A stretch of DNA of 64,000 bases from Flavobacteriales bacterium (GTDB taxonomy: Bacteria; Bacteroidota; Bacteroidia; Flavobacteriales_F; PHOS-HE28). This document shows, piece by piece, positions 1 to 9,521 of this stretch. The notes under the pieces are model-generated. The model did not search any database. It saw only the letters and a program-made list of their open reading frames with translations, and was not told the origin of the DNA. Every line of letters begins with the position of its first letter. The stretch's first letter is position 1. A program made the translations under genes and the position numbers. Where the stretch lies: positions 128,944 to 192,943 of the forward strand of contig JADJKO010000007.1 of assembly GCA_016705955.1 (NCBI GenBank). The letters are read 5' to 3'.

Positions 1-267
1 AATGATGACACGATGCGTGTGCTCGGCATGCGTGCCGTGGGTGAACATGCCTCCAGCGCTATCGAAGCGGTGTCACTGATGATGCGTCTCGGGACGCCCA
101 TCAGCGAATTGGCGGATCTGGTGCATCCGCATCCGAGCATCACCGAAGGCGTGCAGGAATGCGCGCGGTTGCTCCTGGGCAAGAGCATCTTCAAACCCGA
201 AGTGTTCGCGGACAAGATGCAGTGCTACACATGGCTGCCCGATGCGCAACAAAGCGCGGCAGCTTGA
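1..267 (+). CDS. 3' end of a pyridine nucleotide-disulfide oxidoreductase (dihydrolipoyl dehydrogenase/transhydrogenase-like dimerisation domain); truncated at the window edge
   Basis: The reading frame is open from base 1. The C-terminal motif VHPHPSITEG resembles the conserved HAHPTLSE dimerisation motif of the FAD-dependent disulfide reductase family. Confidence 0.45.
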   Translation, partial: NDDTMRVLGMRAVGEHASSAIEAVSLMMRLGTPISELADLVHPHPSITEGVQECARLLLGKSIFKPEVFADKMQCYTWLPDAQQSAAA

Positions 268-291
268 ACCGCCCCGACCGCTGACGTTCGA

Positions 292-1403
292 TCAAGGAGG
301 ACCCGGATCCTGGAACGCCGGGTTGTTCAGGAACTCATCGTCCGTGAGCGTGTGCAGGAAGGCTAGCAACTGGGCTTTCTTCTCCGGGGTCAAGCTCAAT
401 CCTCCCTGCGTGAACTTCATGAATGGAGAAATGGTAGGCGATGGATGACCACCACTGTTGTAATGTTCGATCACCTCTTCCAGGTTCTCGAAACGTCCGT
501 CATGCATGTACGGAGCGCTTACTGCCACATTGCGCAATGATGGCACTTTGAAGAGACCCATGTCCTGGGGAAGTCCGGTTACACCGCCGCGGCCAAGATG
601 GGTGAATATGCTGTCCAATCCGTTGTTGCGCATGGAGCCATCCGTGAACCGGGCGCCGCCATGTGGGTGGCAATGGAAACAATCCGCACCCCACTGTCCG
701 CCCAAGCCCAAGGAGGGATCGCCACCTTCCTGTTGCGTCAGTAGGAAGCCGAGTTGCTCCTCCGGTGTCAATTGCTCTTCACCACGCATGAACTTGTCGA
801 AGCGTGAGTTCCGCTGATCATCGTCCGCACGAATTGCGCGATCGCCTTCGCGGTCTTGTACTTATCGATCGTCGTGCTTCCGAAGGCAGCTTGATAGAGC
901 GCCACGTACGCGGGATCCGCCTGCAACTTGGCCACGGCGTTCGGCCAGGTCTCGTGCATCTCGATCACGTTCTCCACCGGCCCCAGGATCTGGTCCTCCA
1001 AGCGCGGGGCACGGCCATCCCAGAAGAATTGGTGCTCCCACCCGAGGTTCTGCAGCACCATGCTGTTGCGGTTTCCTTGGATCCCGTCGATCCCCGTACT
1101 GAACCGGGAGCCGTGATCGCTGAACGCAAAGACCTGTGCATGGCAGTCAGCGCAACTCTGCGTATTGTTCCCGCTTAGTCTTTCCTCATAGAAGAGGAAG
1201 CGCCCCAACGTCACCCCTTCCACGGTCATCGGGTTGTCCGCCGGGATCGTCATCGGCGGGAAGTTGGCAGGAATGACCAATGCATAGGGCGTCGTCACCA
1301 CTCCGTTGTCCTCCTCCTCCTGCTGCTTGTCAGGCTTGCATGTCACGAAAAGCCCGGTGATCAACAGGCCCAGGAACAATGGATGTCGGACGTGGAACTT
1401 CAT
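292..1403 (-). pseudogene. di-heme cytochrome c peroxidase (CCP/MauG/MbnH family) lipoprotein, copy A; disrupted by a 1-nt frameshift near 808-812
   Basis: Two adjacent minus-strand ORFs, 768..1403 and 292..789. The N part has a lipobox signal (LFVTC) and the first haem motif CADCH. The C part has the second haem motif CFHCHPHGGARFTDG. Joining them reconstructs ...MISG-NSRFDKFMRGEE..., which matches copy B, if one A is restored in a GGAAC run. Confidence 0.7.
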
Positions 1404-2407
1404 GGTACTTGATCAATGGTTCGTTCGTCGGTGAGCGCGTTCAGGAAGGCGATGAGATCCAACTTCTGCTCTGGACTCAAGTCAAAGGTCCGCATTTCAG
1501 GATCGCGGTTCACGTGTGGCAGCCCGCCACTTGCAAAATGGTCGATGACCTGCTCCATGGTGCTCATACTTCCGTCGTGCATATACGGGCCGGTGCGTGC
1601 GATGTTCCGCAAGGTCGGGGTCTTGAAGCGGCCGTTGTCCGCTGGGTCCAGTGTGATGCGTTCGCGACCAACATCCGCGTAGGTCAGGTACAGCCCGATA
1701 TTGTGGTAATCATGGTCGCTGAGGTCATGTCCATTGTGGCACGCCGTATAATTCAATTCATCATTGTTGAAGAGGACCATGCCCCTGATCTCGCTATCGG
1801 AAAGTGCGGTCTGCTCTCCTTGCATGTAGCGGTCATACCGCGACCAACCACTGATCAAGGTGCGCTCATAGCAAGCGATCGCCCGCGAAAGGTTCCACGC
1901 GTTCAAGGGTTCACCGAACGCCTTCATGGCAAGTGTGTTGTATGGCTCTTGGTATCGGAGTGCCGTGGCCACTTGATTGATGTTGTGATCCATCTCCACC
2001 TCATCGTGGATCGGCGCGATCACCTGCTGCTCCAAGGTCGGCACACCGCCATCACGGAAGAAGGCACGGTGGTAGGCGACATTCGCCAGCGAAGGCGCGT
2101 TGCGCATACCCAATTGACCATCCACGCCGCCGCTCAATGCGGTGGTGTCGCTGAACGCGTGATCGGGGAAGTGACACGAAGCGCAACTGATCGATCCATC
2201 ACGCGACAACCGTGGATCGAAGAAGAGTGCCTTGCCCAACGCCGTGGATGCCACAGTGAGTGGATTATCCGCTGGAACATCGGGTGCCGGAAATCCAACA
2301 GGCAACACCAGCGCGAATGGCGCATCGCTTTCCGTGGGATCCGGATCGGACTCGCGCCGACATCCGCCGAGAACGAGCATCACCGCTATCGGCACCAACC
2401 ACTTCAT
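1400..2407 (-). CDS. cytochrome c peroxidase / MauG / MbnH-like di-heme family lipoprotein, copy B
   Basis: Lipoprotein signal (LVLGGC). N-terminal haem motif CASCH and the conserved CCP core (PSLANVAY, WDGR-like, YMHDGS). The second motif reads YTACH rather than CXXCH. The stop overlaps the copy A start by 4 nt. Confidence 0.8.
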   Translation of the reverse strand: MKWLVPIAVMLVLGGCRRESDPDPTESDAPFALVLPVGFPAPDVPADNPLTVASTALGKALFFDPRLSRDGSISCASCHFPDHAFSDTTALSGGVDGQLGMRNAPSLANVAYHRAFFRDGGVPTLEQQVIAPIHDEVEMDHNINQVATALRYQEPYNTLAMKAFGEPLNAWNLSRAIACYERTLISGWSRYDRYMQGEQTALSDSEIRGMVLFNNDELNYTACHNGHDLSDHDYHNIGLYLTYADVGRERITLDPADNGRFKTPTLRNIARTGPYMHDGSMSTMEQVIDHFASGGLPHVNRDPEMRTFDLSPEQKLDLIAFLNALTDERTIDQVP

Positions 2408-3156
2408 AGAACCTCCAGGGCCATGCTGCGTCGCACGTTGCGCGTAAGCTTGAGCGCCAATGGATAATTCCCTCCGTGTGATTGGTTCTCCGTGGTCACA
2501 TTGATCGTGTCCTGCGGTGTGGCCAGGAAATGATCCACCGCGATGCGCAGGACCAATTTCGTCGTGACATCCTTCTCCGTACCAAAAGGCAACGCCGGGA
2601 ACAATTCCGCCGTGGTGAAGCAGGTGTCCATACCGGTGTGGACCGAGAAGGTCGACAAGAGCGGACCAGTGCCATTCGGATCCGGATCGTAGCGACCATC
2701 GAACAACACGAATTTGTAACCGGTGGCCCAGCTCCAGTACATCCCGTTGTTCACGCTCATCGGGTGTTCATCACCATACAACGCAGCATTGGTGTAGTTC
2801 AGGTCATGCGGCAATCCGATCCCCGCACGCATGCCGAGCCAATTCCCGACAGGCACTTGGAGGTCGAACTGGAATGGGCCGTTCCCCAGATCGAGCAGAC
2901 GCACTTGTTCCATGGTCGACTCTCCGGTCGCGCTCACCAGACGCAGATCGCTCAAGTACATCTTGAGGAACTCCACTTGGAACCGGTAGCCATGCGGGGC
3001 GATATAAGGCGTGTACCGCTGCAAGGGTTGGCCGTTCCACTCCGGGCGCACTTCGATCCGCAAGGTGGAAGCCGCCGTACGCGGCTTTACCGGTTCGTCG
3101 GTGCGGCAGGCCATCAACAAAGCTGCACAGACGAAGAAGAAGAGGGATCGGGTCAT
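2404..3156 (-). CDS. MbnP-like lipoprotein, probable partner of the di-heme peroxidase (MbnP/MbnH-type metallo-mystery pair)
   Basis: A lipobox signal (LLMAC) on a 250-aa protein with no enzyme motifs, encoded directly upstream of the MauG/MbnH-like peroxidase with a 4-nt overlap. This is the genomic arrangement of MbnP-MbnH pairs. The family assignment is by context and size only. Confidence 0.4.
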   Translation of the reverse strand: MTRSLFFFVCAALLMACRTDEPVKPRTAASTLRIEVRPEWNGQPLQRYTPYIAPHGYRFQVEFLKMYLSDLRLVSATGESTMEQVRLLDLGNGPFQFDLQVPVGNWLGMRAGIGLPHDLNYTNAALYGDEHPMSVNNGMYWSWATGYKFVLFDGRYDPDPNGTGPLLSTFSVHTGMDTCFTTAELFPALPFGTEKDVTTKLVLRIAVDHFLATPQDTINVTTENQSHGGNYPLALKLTRNVRRSMALEVL

Positions 3157-3304
3157 TTCATCTTGATGCTCACCGATAAGGACCCGGCAAGCGTCCCAAA
3201 ACTAAGCCCACACCCGTCGGGCACAGGTTGATACCGATCAGGTCATTGGTGCAACTCGTGGAAAGCCAAGGAGCGCTTGCCGATGCCCGGTTATCTTCCC
3301 GGCC

Positions 3305-6300
3305 ATGTTCACCGTGCTCAGGAGCAGCGCCGGCGCAGGCAAGACCCATGCCCTGGTAAAGAATTACCTGCGCCTATGTCTGGCCACGGACAATGCCACC
3401 GCGTACCGGCACGTACTCGCACTCACCTTCACCAACAAAGCGGCCAGCGAGATGAAGGAGCGCGTGGTGCGCTATATGGAACAGCTCGCCGCTGGCGACC
3501 ATGCATCGGCACCCATCCAGGATGTCCTGAGCGATCTACAACGAACGGCTCATCTGGATCAAGCGTCCACGTCCGACCGCGCGAAAAAGGTCCTGCACCA
3601 CATGCTTCATCATTGGGATGAAGTGGCCATCAGCACCATCGATGCGTTCACGCGCAGGGTGGTCCGTCCGTTCTCACGGGATCTGCAATTGGATCAGGAT
3701 CTGCGCATGACCACCGAGCACGAGTGGTACAGGGAAAGTGCAGTGAAAGCCGTGATCGCCGAGGCGGGGATCAACGCACCGCTCACCGAACTGCTCACAG
3801 CGGCATGCGAACAACTCTTGGATGACGAGGCGCGTTGGGATCCTGCGCTTCCCCTCTCTGAACTCGGAAAGGAACTGGACAAGGAATCGTCCATCGCTCC
3901 ACTGGCCGCTTTGCACGGCATGGATGCGGAAACGGTGATGGCCTTGACCGAGGGCCTTCGAAAGGAAACAGGAGCCTATGAGCGCGCGGCGCAAAGCCTT
4001 GGCAAGCGCATTGTTGAAGGGATCCAAGCAGCAGGGATCACTCCCGAGGAACTTGCTGGCGGAAAGAACGGCTACCATTCCTTCTTCCGGAAGTTGGCCG
4101 CCTTCGGCGATGAATGGCTGGAACCATCCGCGACCGCACGCAAGGCGTTCGACAATGACAAATTGGGAAGTGGCAAGATCAAAGGTGCTGCCGTAGCCGC
4201 GCTGGAGGAACTTGGTCCGCACCTGCACGCGTGGTTCGCAGAGGCGAACGAACTGCTCGCCTTGGGCCAGCGGGATCATTTCGTCCGGGCTGCTGTACTG
4301 CGCGAATTGCCCTCCGCATTCGCGTTGATCGAACTGGATCGAAGTCTGCGCATGTTGAAGGAAGCGGATGGCGTGGCCTTCTTCAGTGATCTCACACGTC
4401 TGGTCGCCCAAGTGGTCCGCGATGAACCCGCACCATTCATCTTCGAACGGTTGGGTGAACGCTACCGGCATTTCCTGTTGGATGAATTCCAGGACACGTC
4501 CTTGCTCCAATGGCACACCTTGCTTCCGTTGATCCACAACGCGCTTTCCAGCGGCGGAAGTGCATTGCTCGTAGGCGATGCGAAGCAGGCGATCTATCGC
4601 TGGCGGAATGGTGAGGTCCGGTTGTTCACCACACTGCCAGGTCTCTTCCCTCCGGCCAGGACACCGGTTGAACGCGAATACGAACAAGCACTTCGATCGA
4701 ACGATCACCCGATCGAACCACTGGCGATCAATCACCGATCGGCCTCGACCATCATCGAATTCAATAACGGCGTTTTTGGTGCATTGGCTGCGACACTTCC
4801 GGAGAGCTTGCGCCCGGTATACACCGCGCACGAACAAATAGTACGACGCAGTGAACCGGGGCGCGTGCGAATGGAACGCCCATCCGATAGCGAACCAACC
4901 GAGGAGCGGGCTGCCACCATGGACGAGTTCGTGCTTCGGAGCGTTCGTGATGCGGAGGACGATGGCTTCGCACCAGGGGATATCGCGGTGCTGGTGCGCA
5001 CTGCGGCGATCGGGCAAACAATATCGCGTGTCCTCACGGAAGCGGGCTACTCGGTCACTTCACCGGACGGTTTGAGATTGGAGGGTGATGATCTTGCCGA
5101 ATGCCTCATCGATCTGCTTCGTGTAGTTCACACGAGTGATCCCGCTGCTGCAACGCGCGTAGTACAATACCGCGTACGCATCAGAGCGTCAGCGAGCGAC
5201 GAACAAGTCGATCCGTTCGGAACAGCCACGAAAGGCTTCGACCCAGTGGCTGTGGTAAGGACCTTGTTGGCGGATCACGGATCACTCACGCTACGCACCA
5301 CGATCAACGAGTTGATCGGGCGTTTGGCACAAGCGATCGACGCTTCGCCCGATCCACACCTGCTCACGCTCATGGATGAAGCACACGCCTTCGGCATTGC
5401 GCATGGCCAGGACATCGGTGCCTTCCTGGAACATTGGGACCGCAGCGGCAAACGGCGGAACACCGCAGCGCCAGTGAATGCACAGAGCATCCAAGTGATG
5501 ACCGTACACAAGGCGAAGGGGTTGGAATTCCCTGTCGTGATCATCCCCAGCACGCGAATGGCCGCAGGCGGCACACAGCGTGAGCGCTTGTGGATCCAAC
5601 CCGGAACGGCTGTCCCGGAACTCGAACATGCCTTGGTGGCGAAGAGTGCGATCCTCCGCGATGCAGCGCTGCCGGAGATCCGCGAGGAGGACGATCTGCG
5701 AAAACTCGATGAGCTCGACCTCCTCTACGTGGCCTTCACACGCGCCGTGCAGCAACTTCACGTGTTCCTTCCTAATTCCAAACCGGACGAACTGACCAAA
5801 GGCCTTCAGAAGTACATGGAAGATCACGGACATCCCGACGTGCTCGATACCGGTGAACGGACCGGGCCATGGACGGCGCGAACCGCTGATCCCACCGGAT
5901 CGATCACTATCGCCATGGGCACACCACCCGGTCTTGCCATTCGTTTCGAAGCGACCGAGCACTGGGACCCGGCCGATCCGGATCCGTACCGCCGATATGG
6001 CAATGCGGTCCATGCGATCCTTAGCAGGGTCGATCATCCGGAGGACCTGGAGCGAGCGATCTCCACGACGATCCTGGAAGGGCTGATCCCTGAAACGGAT
6101 GCGATGGTTCTGCGCGATCGGCTTGACCCGCTGCTACGTTCGGAAGAGCTTATTCCTTGGTTCGGTAGCGGAGTGAAGGTGCGCACGGAGAGCGCGATCA
6201 TCGATGCGAGCGGAAGAACACACCGCCCCGACCGCGTCGTCTTCGATGGAGATACGGTTCGCGTCCTCGATATCAAGACCGGTGCCTCTGATGAACGACA

Positions 6301-6412
6301 TCAGGATCAGGTGCGCCGGTACATGCGCTTGCTCGGTGATCTCGGATACGCGCATGTGGAAGGAGCCCTGTTGTACATAACCGATGGAACCCTGATCCCC
6401 GTAGCCGCATGA
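3305..6412 (+). CDS. AddA-like ATP-dependent helicase/nuclease (UvrD-family helicase with C-terminal PD-(D/E)XK nuclease)
   Basis: N-terminal UvrD motif I (SAGAGKTHALV) and helicase motifs (LVGDAKQAIYRWR, TVHKAKGLEF). C-terminal PD-(D/E)XK signature (DRVVFDGDTVRVLDIKTG). 1035 aa. Confidence 0.8.
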   Translation: MFTVLRSSAGAGKTHALVKNYLRLCLATDNATAYRHVLALTFTNKAASEMKERVVRYMEQLAAGDHASAPIQDVLSDLQRTAHLDQASTSDRAKKVLHHMLHHWDEVAISTIDAFTRRVVRPFSRDLQLDQDLRMTTEHEWYRESAVKAVIAEAGINAPLTELLTAACEQLLDDEARWDPALPLSELGKELDKESSIAPLAALHGMDAETVMALTEGLRKETGAYERAAQSLGKRIVEGIQAAGITPEELAGGKNGYHSFFRKLAAFGDEWLEPSATARKAFDNDKLGSGKIKGAAVAALEELGPHLHAWFAEANELLALGQRDHFVRAAVLRELPSAFALIELDRSLRMLKEADGVAFFSDLTRLVAQVVRDEPAPFIFERLGERYRHFLLDEFQDTSLLQWHTLLPLIHNALSSGGSALLVGDAKQAIYRWRNGEVRLFTTLPGLFPPARTPVEREYEQALRSNDHPIEPLAINHRSASTIIEFNNGVFGALAATLPESLRPVYTAHEQIVRRSEPGRVRMERPSDSEPTEERAATMDEFVLRSVRDAEDDGFAPGDIAVLVRTAAIGQTISRVLTEAGYSVTSPDGLRLEGDDLAECLIDLLRVVHTSDPAAATRVVQYRVRIRASASDEQVDPFGTATKGFDPVAVVRTLLADHGSLTLRTTINELIGRLAQAIDASPDPHLLTLMDEAHAFGIAHGQDIGAFLEHWDRSGKRRNTAAPVNAQSIQVMTVHKAKGLEFPVVIIPSTRMAAGGTQRERLWIQPGTAVPELEHALVAKSAILRDAALPEIREEDDLRKLDELDLLYVAFTRAVQQLHVFLPNSKPDELTKGLQKYMEDHGHPDVLDTGERTGPWTARTADPTGSITIAMGTPPGLAIRFEATEHWDPADPDPYRRYGNAVHAILSRVDHPEDLERAISTTILEGLIPETDAMVLRDRLDPLLRSEELIPWFGSGVKVRTESAIIDASGRTHRPDRVVFDGDTVRVLDIKTGASDERHQDQVRRYMRLLGDLGYAHVEGALLYITDGTLIPVAA

Positions 6413-6858
6413 AACCGGAGTTGACCGTGAAGCATTTCGATGAACTTACTGTTCGTGAATTGCACGACATCCTTCGGCTGCGCGTCGATGTCTTCGTAGT
6501 GGAACAGGCGTGCGCATATGCGGAAGTGGACGGCAAGGATCCATCCGCGATCCATGTGATGGGTTGGTCCGATGATGAGCTGATCGCCTGCGCTCGGATC
6601 CTTCCCCCTGAAGAGGATGGGCTACCTCACGTTGGCCGGATAGTGGTCGCAGCAAGTCATCGCGGCAAGGGTCTCGCACAGCGGTTGATGGATCGGATCA
6701 TGATGACCTTGAACGACACTTATGGATCGAAGCGGTCGGAACTCGCAGCCCAAGCGCACTTGCAGAAATTCTACGAACGCTGTGGTTACGTGCGTGTCAG
6801 CGAGGAATATCCGTGGGATGGAATACCGCACGTGGACATGCGGCATGACGCCGAGTGA
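6409..6858 (+). CDS. GNAT family N-acetyltransferase (ElaA-like)
   Basis: Acetyl-CoA binding motif (RGKGLAQRLM). The 149-aa length and architecture are typical of ElaA. The start overlaps the AddA-like stop (ATGA). Confidence 0.75.
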   Translation: MKPELTVKHFDELTVRELHDILRLRVDVFVVEQACAYAEVDGKDPSAIHVMGWSDDELIACARILPPEEDGLPHVGRIVVAASHRGKGLAQRLMDRIMMTLNDTYGSKRSELAAQAHLQKFYERCGYVRVSEEYPWDGIPHVDMRHDAE

Positions 6859-6861
6859 CGA

Positions 6862-9489
6862 CTAGCGCAAGAGCGAGAAATGTCCGGTGTACTCCTTGGC
6901 GAAAGAACCCCACTCCTTGATGCGTGCGGTGTACACGAAGATGCTTTGCGGTGATCCATCACCACTCCATCCTTCTTGCGGATCCGTGGTGCGGAAGACC
7001 AAGTGCCCCCAGCGATCCACGATCACGAGCTCGTATTCGCGCGCACCGGTCACAATGGGTCGCCATACTTCATTGTGTCCGTCACCATCCGGGGTGAAGG
7101 CCGTCGGGGCGTAGAACAAGTGGTCGCTCACGATCACCAGTCGTGTGGTGCTGTCCGCACAACCATGTTCCGTGGCCACCCATTGCTTGATCACATACTG
7201 ACCGGCCTCCGGGAATTCGTATTCGAACCGTGGTTCGTTCACCACCGCTTCACCGATGCTGTACTCCCACTCCACTGCCAGCGACGAGTAATCCTCCACC
7301 GTGATCCGCGGATCAAGCAAGCTGACCTCCTCAGGCAATGCGGTGAACGCGGCCACCGGCATGGGATAGACCTCCACCGCGCCTGGATCGGTGTGCGTGA
7401 TGCTCGCTATGCAACCGGTCGTTGTGGTAGCGGTCAGTGACACTGTGTATGTTCCTGCTTGGGAATAGGTGTGTACCAACGCACTATCCATACTGGTCGT
7501 TCCATCACCCAAGTTCCATTCAAGACTCATCGGAGTCCATGCGGTCGCAAGGCTGGCGAACGGGAACTCCGCACCAACGCACGCCAACGAACCGTTGATG
7601 AAGTCCACCTCGGGATATGGGTACACGACCAGGGAATCCGTGTAGCTCGCTGTGCAGCCGAACTCGGTCATCGTTACTGTGACCGGATACACACCGGGCG
7701 ACGGATAGGCACTGTGGGATTGTATGCTACCGGACGCACTTGGAGAACCCACCGCACCGAAATCCCACAACACACTCACACCGCCTGTTGCCGCACCGAG
7801 CGCCGTGAAGAGCGCGATCTCTCCTGGGCATCGGATCGGTGGTCGGTAGAAGAACGCATTCGGCGCGGCATGGACATCGAAGATGCGCGATGTGGTATCG
7901 GTACACACCGGGCCATTGGTCGCGATCATCGTGATCGTAAAGAATCCTTGGGCGCCATAGGTCCATGAGGGAGACTCCTCCACACTCTGGTCCAAGCTCG
8001 TTGAGGGATCACCGAAGTGCCATTCGTAGCCCGTGGCATCAGTACTCTCGTTCACGAATGCATGCGTCAATGAAACGCAGTATTCGGCTTGCTCAGCGAA
8101 GGCCGCTTCCGGTTGCGGATACACCTGCACATTCGCGGTGAAACTGTCCGTGCAACCGAAGTCACTTACTGTGAGCGTGACCGGCATCACGCCATTCGCC
8201 ACGAAATCCGCAGTGACCTGCATGCCCGATGCGCTACTCGGTGTGGCGCCGATCCCCAGATCCCAAGTGACCGTTGCGGTGTTCAGGTTGAACGGCCCGG
8301 TGGCCACAAGCGTCACCGTTTGCGGGTCGCAGAGGATCGGCGGCGGAAGGAAGGCCGGATCAAGCGGTGGTGCCACGAGATAATCCGCGATCGTGGTGTC
8401 CGCGCAAGGCGCGCCTGGATTCGCGATCAGCGTAACGGTGTAGGTTCCCGGAGCCGGGTAGGTGTAGGATGGTTCCGCCTGCGTGGATACATCCGCTGTG
8501 GTCGTGGTGTCGCCGAAATCCCAGGAGTAGCTCTGCGCACCAATGCTCTGGTTCGTGAAGTCCTGCGTAAGGCCGGAGCAGGCCTGCGTTCCGGATTGAG
8601 CGGCGATCACCGCTGTGACCGAGGCATCACACAACACCACGCGGAACATGAAATCCCGGCGTGCGGTCCCGATCAGGACACCATTACGGTACTCCGATAC
8701 ACAGACCCCGACGGTGAAAGTGCCTTGCACCGTGGGGTGGACCGTAAGCAGGCCCGTCACTGGATCGATGGCCAACGGCGGGTTGCTATCCATCGGGTAG
8801 GTTCCCGAATATCCGGGTGCATAGTTCACCTCCATGTACGGCGGCGCTGGTGCAAGTGGTGCTGGCTGAATGGCGTCCGCACCTTGGTACGGCGCACACA
8901 AACCATACACGAGTTGATCACCATCCGGATCCGATGCACTGTGATCGAAGCTCATGTCCTGTCCCATGCACAGGGCGATGGGCGGATAGTCATTGAACCG
9001 TGGTGACCCATTGATCGCATTCGGCGGGCCAGGGATCCAAACCGTGCATGTGATGCCTTGTTGCCCATTCAGGTTCACCATGGCCGGTGTCCTGCAGCAC
9101 CGTTGGTAACTGATGGTGTACCCACCGGCGATGGGCGGCAAGGTCATGACCTGCACATACTCGGTGCTGGCCACGCACACCGTCGGTGGCGCAGAGAGGC
9201 ACGGGTCATTCAGTTCAACCGGCACGGTGGTCTCACCGGGAAAGTTCACGGAGAAGCTATTGATCAACGATCCCGCTGAGTTGTACACCGCCAACTGCGC
9301 TTGGCTGTCGAAGACGGTCCCGTTCACATTGTCCGGTCCACAATCACGGTAGAGCCGTAGCGTGACGCGATACTGGTTCCCGCCCAGATGATCGTAGAAC
9401 ATGTCCCCACCGATGATGTGCGTCGCGAAGGATCCCAGCGCGAACGCCAAACCGGCGAGGCAGAGGATCGTGCGCTGCAGGTGGTTCAT
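6862..9489 (-). CDS. secreted PKD-domain protein with T9SS type-B C-terminal sorting domain (gliding-motility-associated CTD) and a cysteine-rich N-terminal module
   Basis: Signal peptide. PKD-like WDFGD motifs. C-terminus FTPDGDGHNEVW...HFSLLR matches the type-B T9SS CTD. The N-terminal ~300 aa are Cys-rich (RDC, RCCR, GVCV, LCDAS) and shared with the next gene. Confidence 0.75.
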   Translation of the reverse strand: MNHLQRTILCLAGLAFALGSFATHIIGGDMFYDHLGGNQYRVTLRLYRDCGPDNVNGTVFDSQAQLAVYNSAGSLINSFSVNFPGETTVPVELNDPCLSAPPTVCVASTEYVQVMTLPPIAGGYTISYQRCCRTPAMVNLNGQQGITCTVWIPGPPNAINGSPRFNDYPPIALCMGQDMSFDHSASDPDGDQLVYGLCAPYQGADAIQPAPLAPAPPYMEVNYAPGYSGTYPMDSNPPLAIDPVTGLLTVHPTVQGTFTVGVCVSEYRNGVLIGTARRDFMFRVVLCDASVTAVIAAQSGTQACSGLTQDFTNQSIGAQSYSWDFGDTTTTADVSTQAEPSYTYPAPGTYTVTLIANPGAPCADTTIADYLVAPPLDPAFLPPPILCDPQTVTLVATGPFNLNTATVTWDLGIGATPSSASGMQVTADFVANGVMPVTLTVSDFGCTDSFTANVQVYPQPEAAFAEQAEYCVSLTHAFVNESTDATGYEWHFGDPSTSLDQSVEESPSWTYGAQGFFTITMIATNGPVCTDTTSRIFDVHAAPNAFFYRPPIRCPGEIALFTALGAATGGVSVLWDFGAVGSPSASGSIQSHSAYPSPGVYPVTVTMTEFGCTASYTDSLVVYPYPEVDFINGSLACVGAEFPFASLATAWTPMSLEWNLGDGTTSMDSALVHTYSQAGTYTVSLTATTTTGCIASITHTDPGAVEVYPMPVAAFTALPEEVSLLDPRITVEDYSSLAVEWEYSIGEAVVNEPRFEYEFPEAGQYVIKQWVATEHGCADSTTRLVIVSDHLFYAPTAFTPDGDGHNEVWRPIVTGAREYELVIVDRWGHLVFRTTDPQEGWSGDGSPQSIFVYTARIKEWGSFAKEYTGHFSLLR

Positions 9490-9521
9490 CAGACCTTGTC
9501 GTTGTATCCTGTTCGGTGTTG

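Noticed and set aside
3674-5017. Long antisense ORFs opposite well-supported genes (e.g. 447 aa opposite the AddA-like gene). Others: 1379..2467, 20171..21535, 25102..26130, 30738..32045, 35332..36432, 60132..61139.
   Set aside because: Each overlaps a gene with strong homology-type signal on the other strand, and their translations are low-complexity Arg/Ala/Gly-rich. This is typical of stop-codon-poor antisense frames in ~60% GC DNA.
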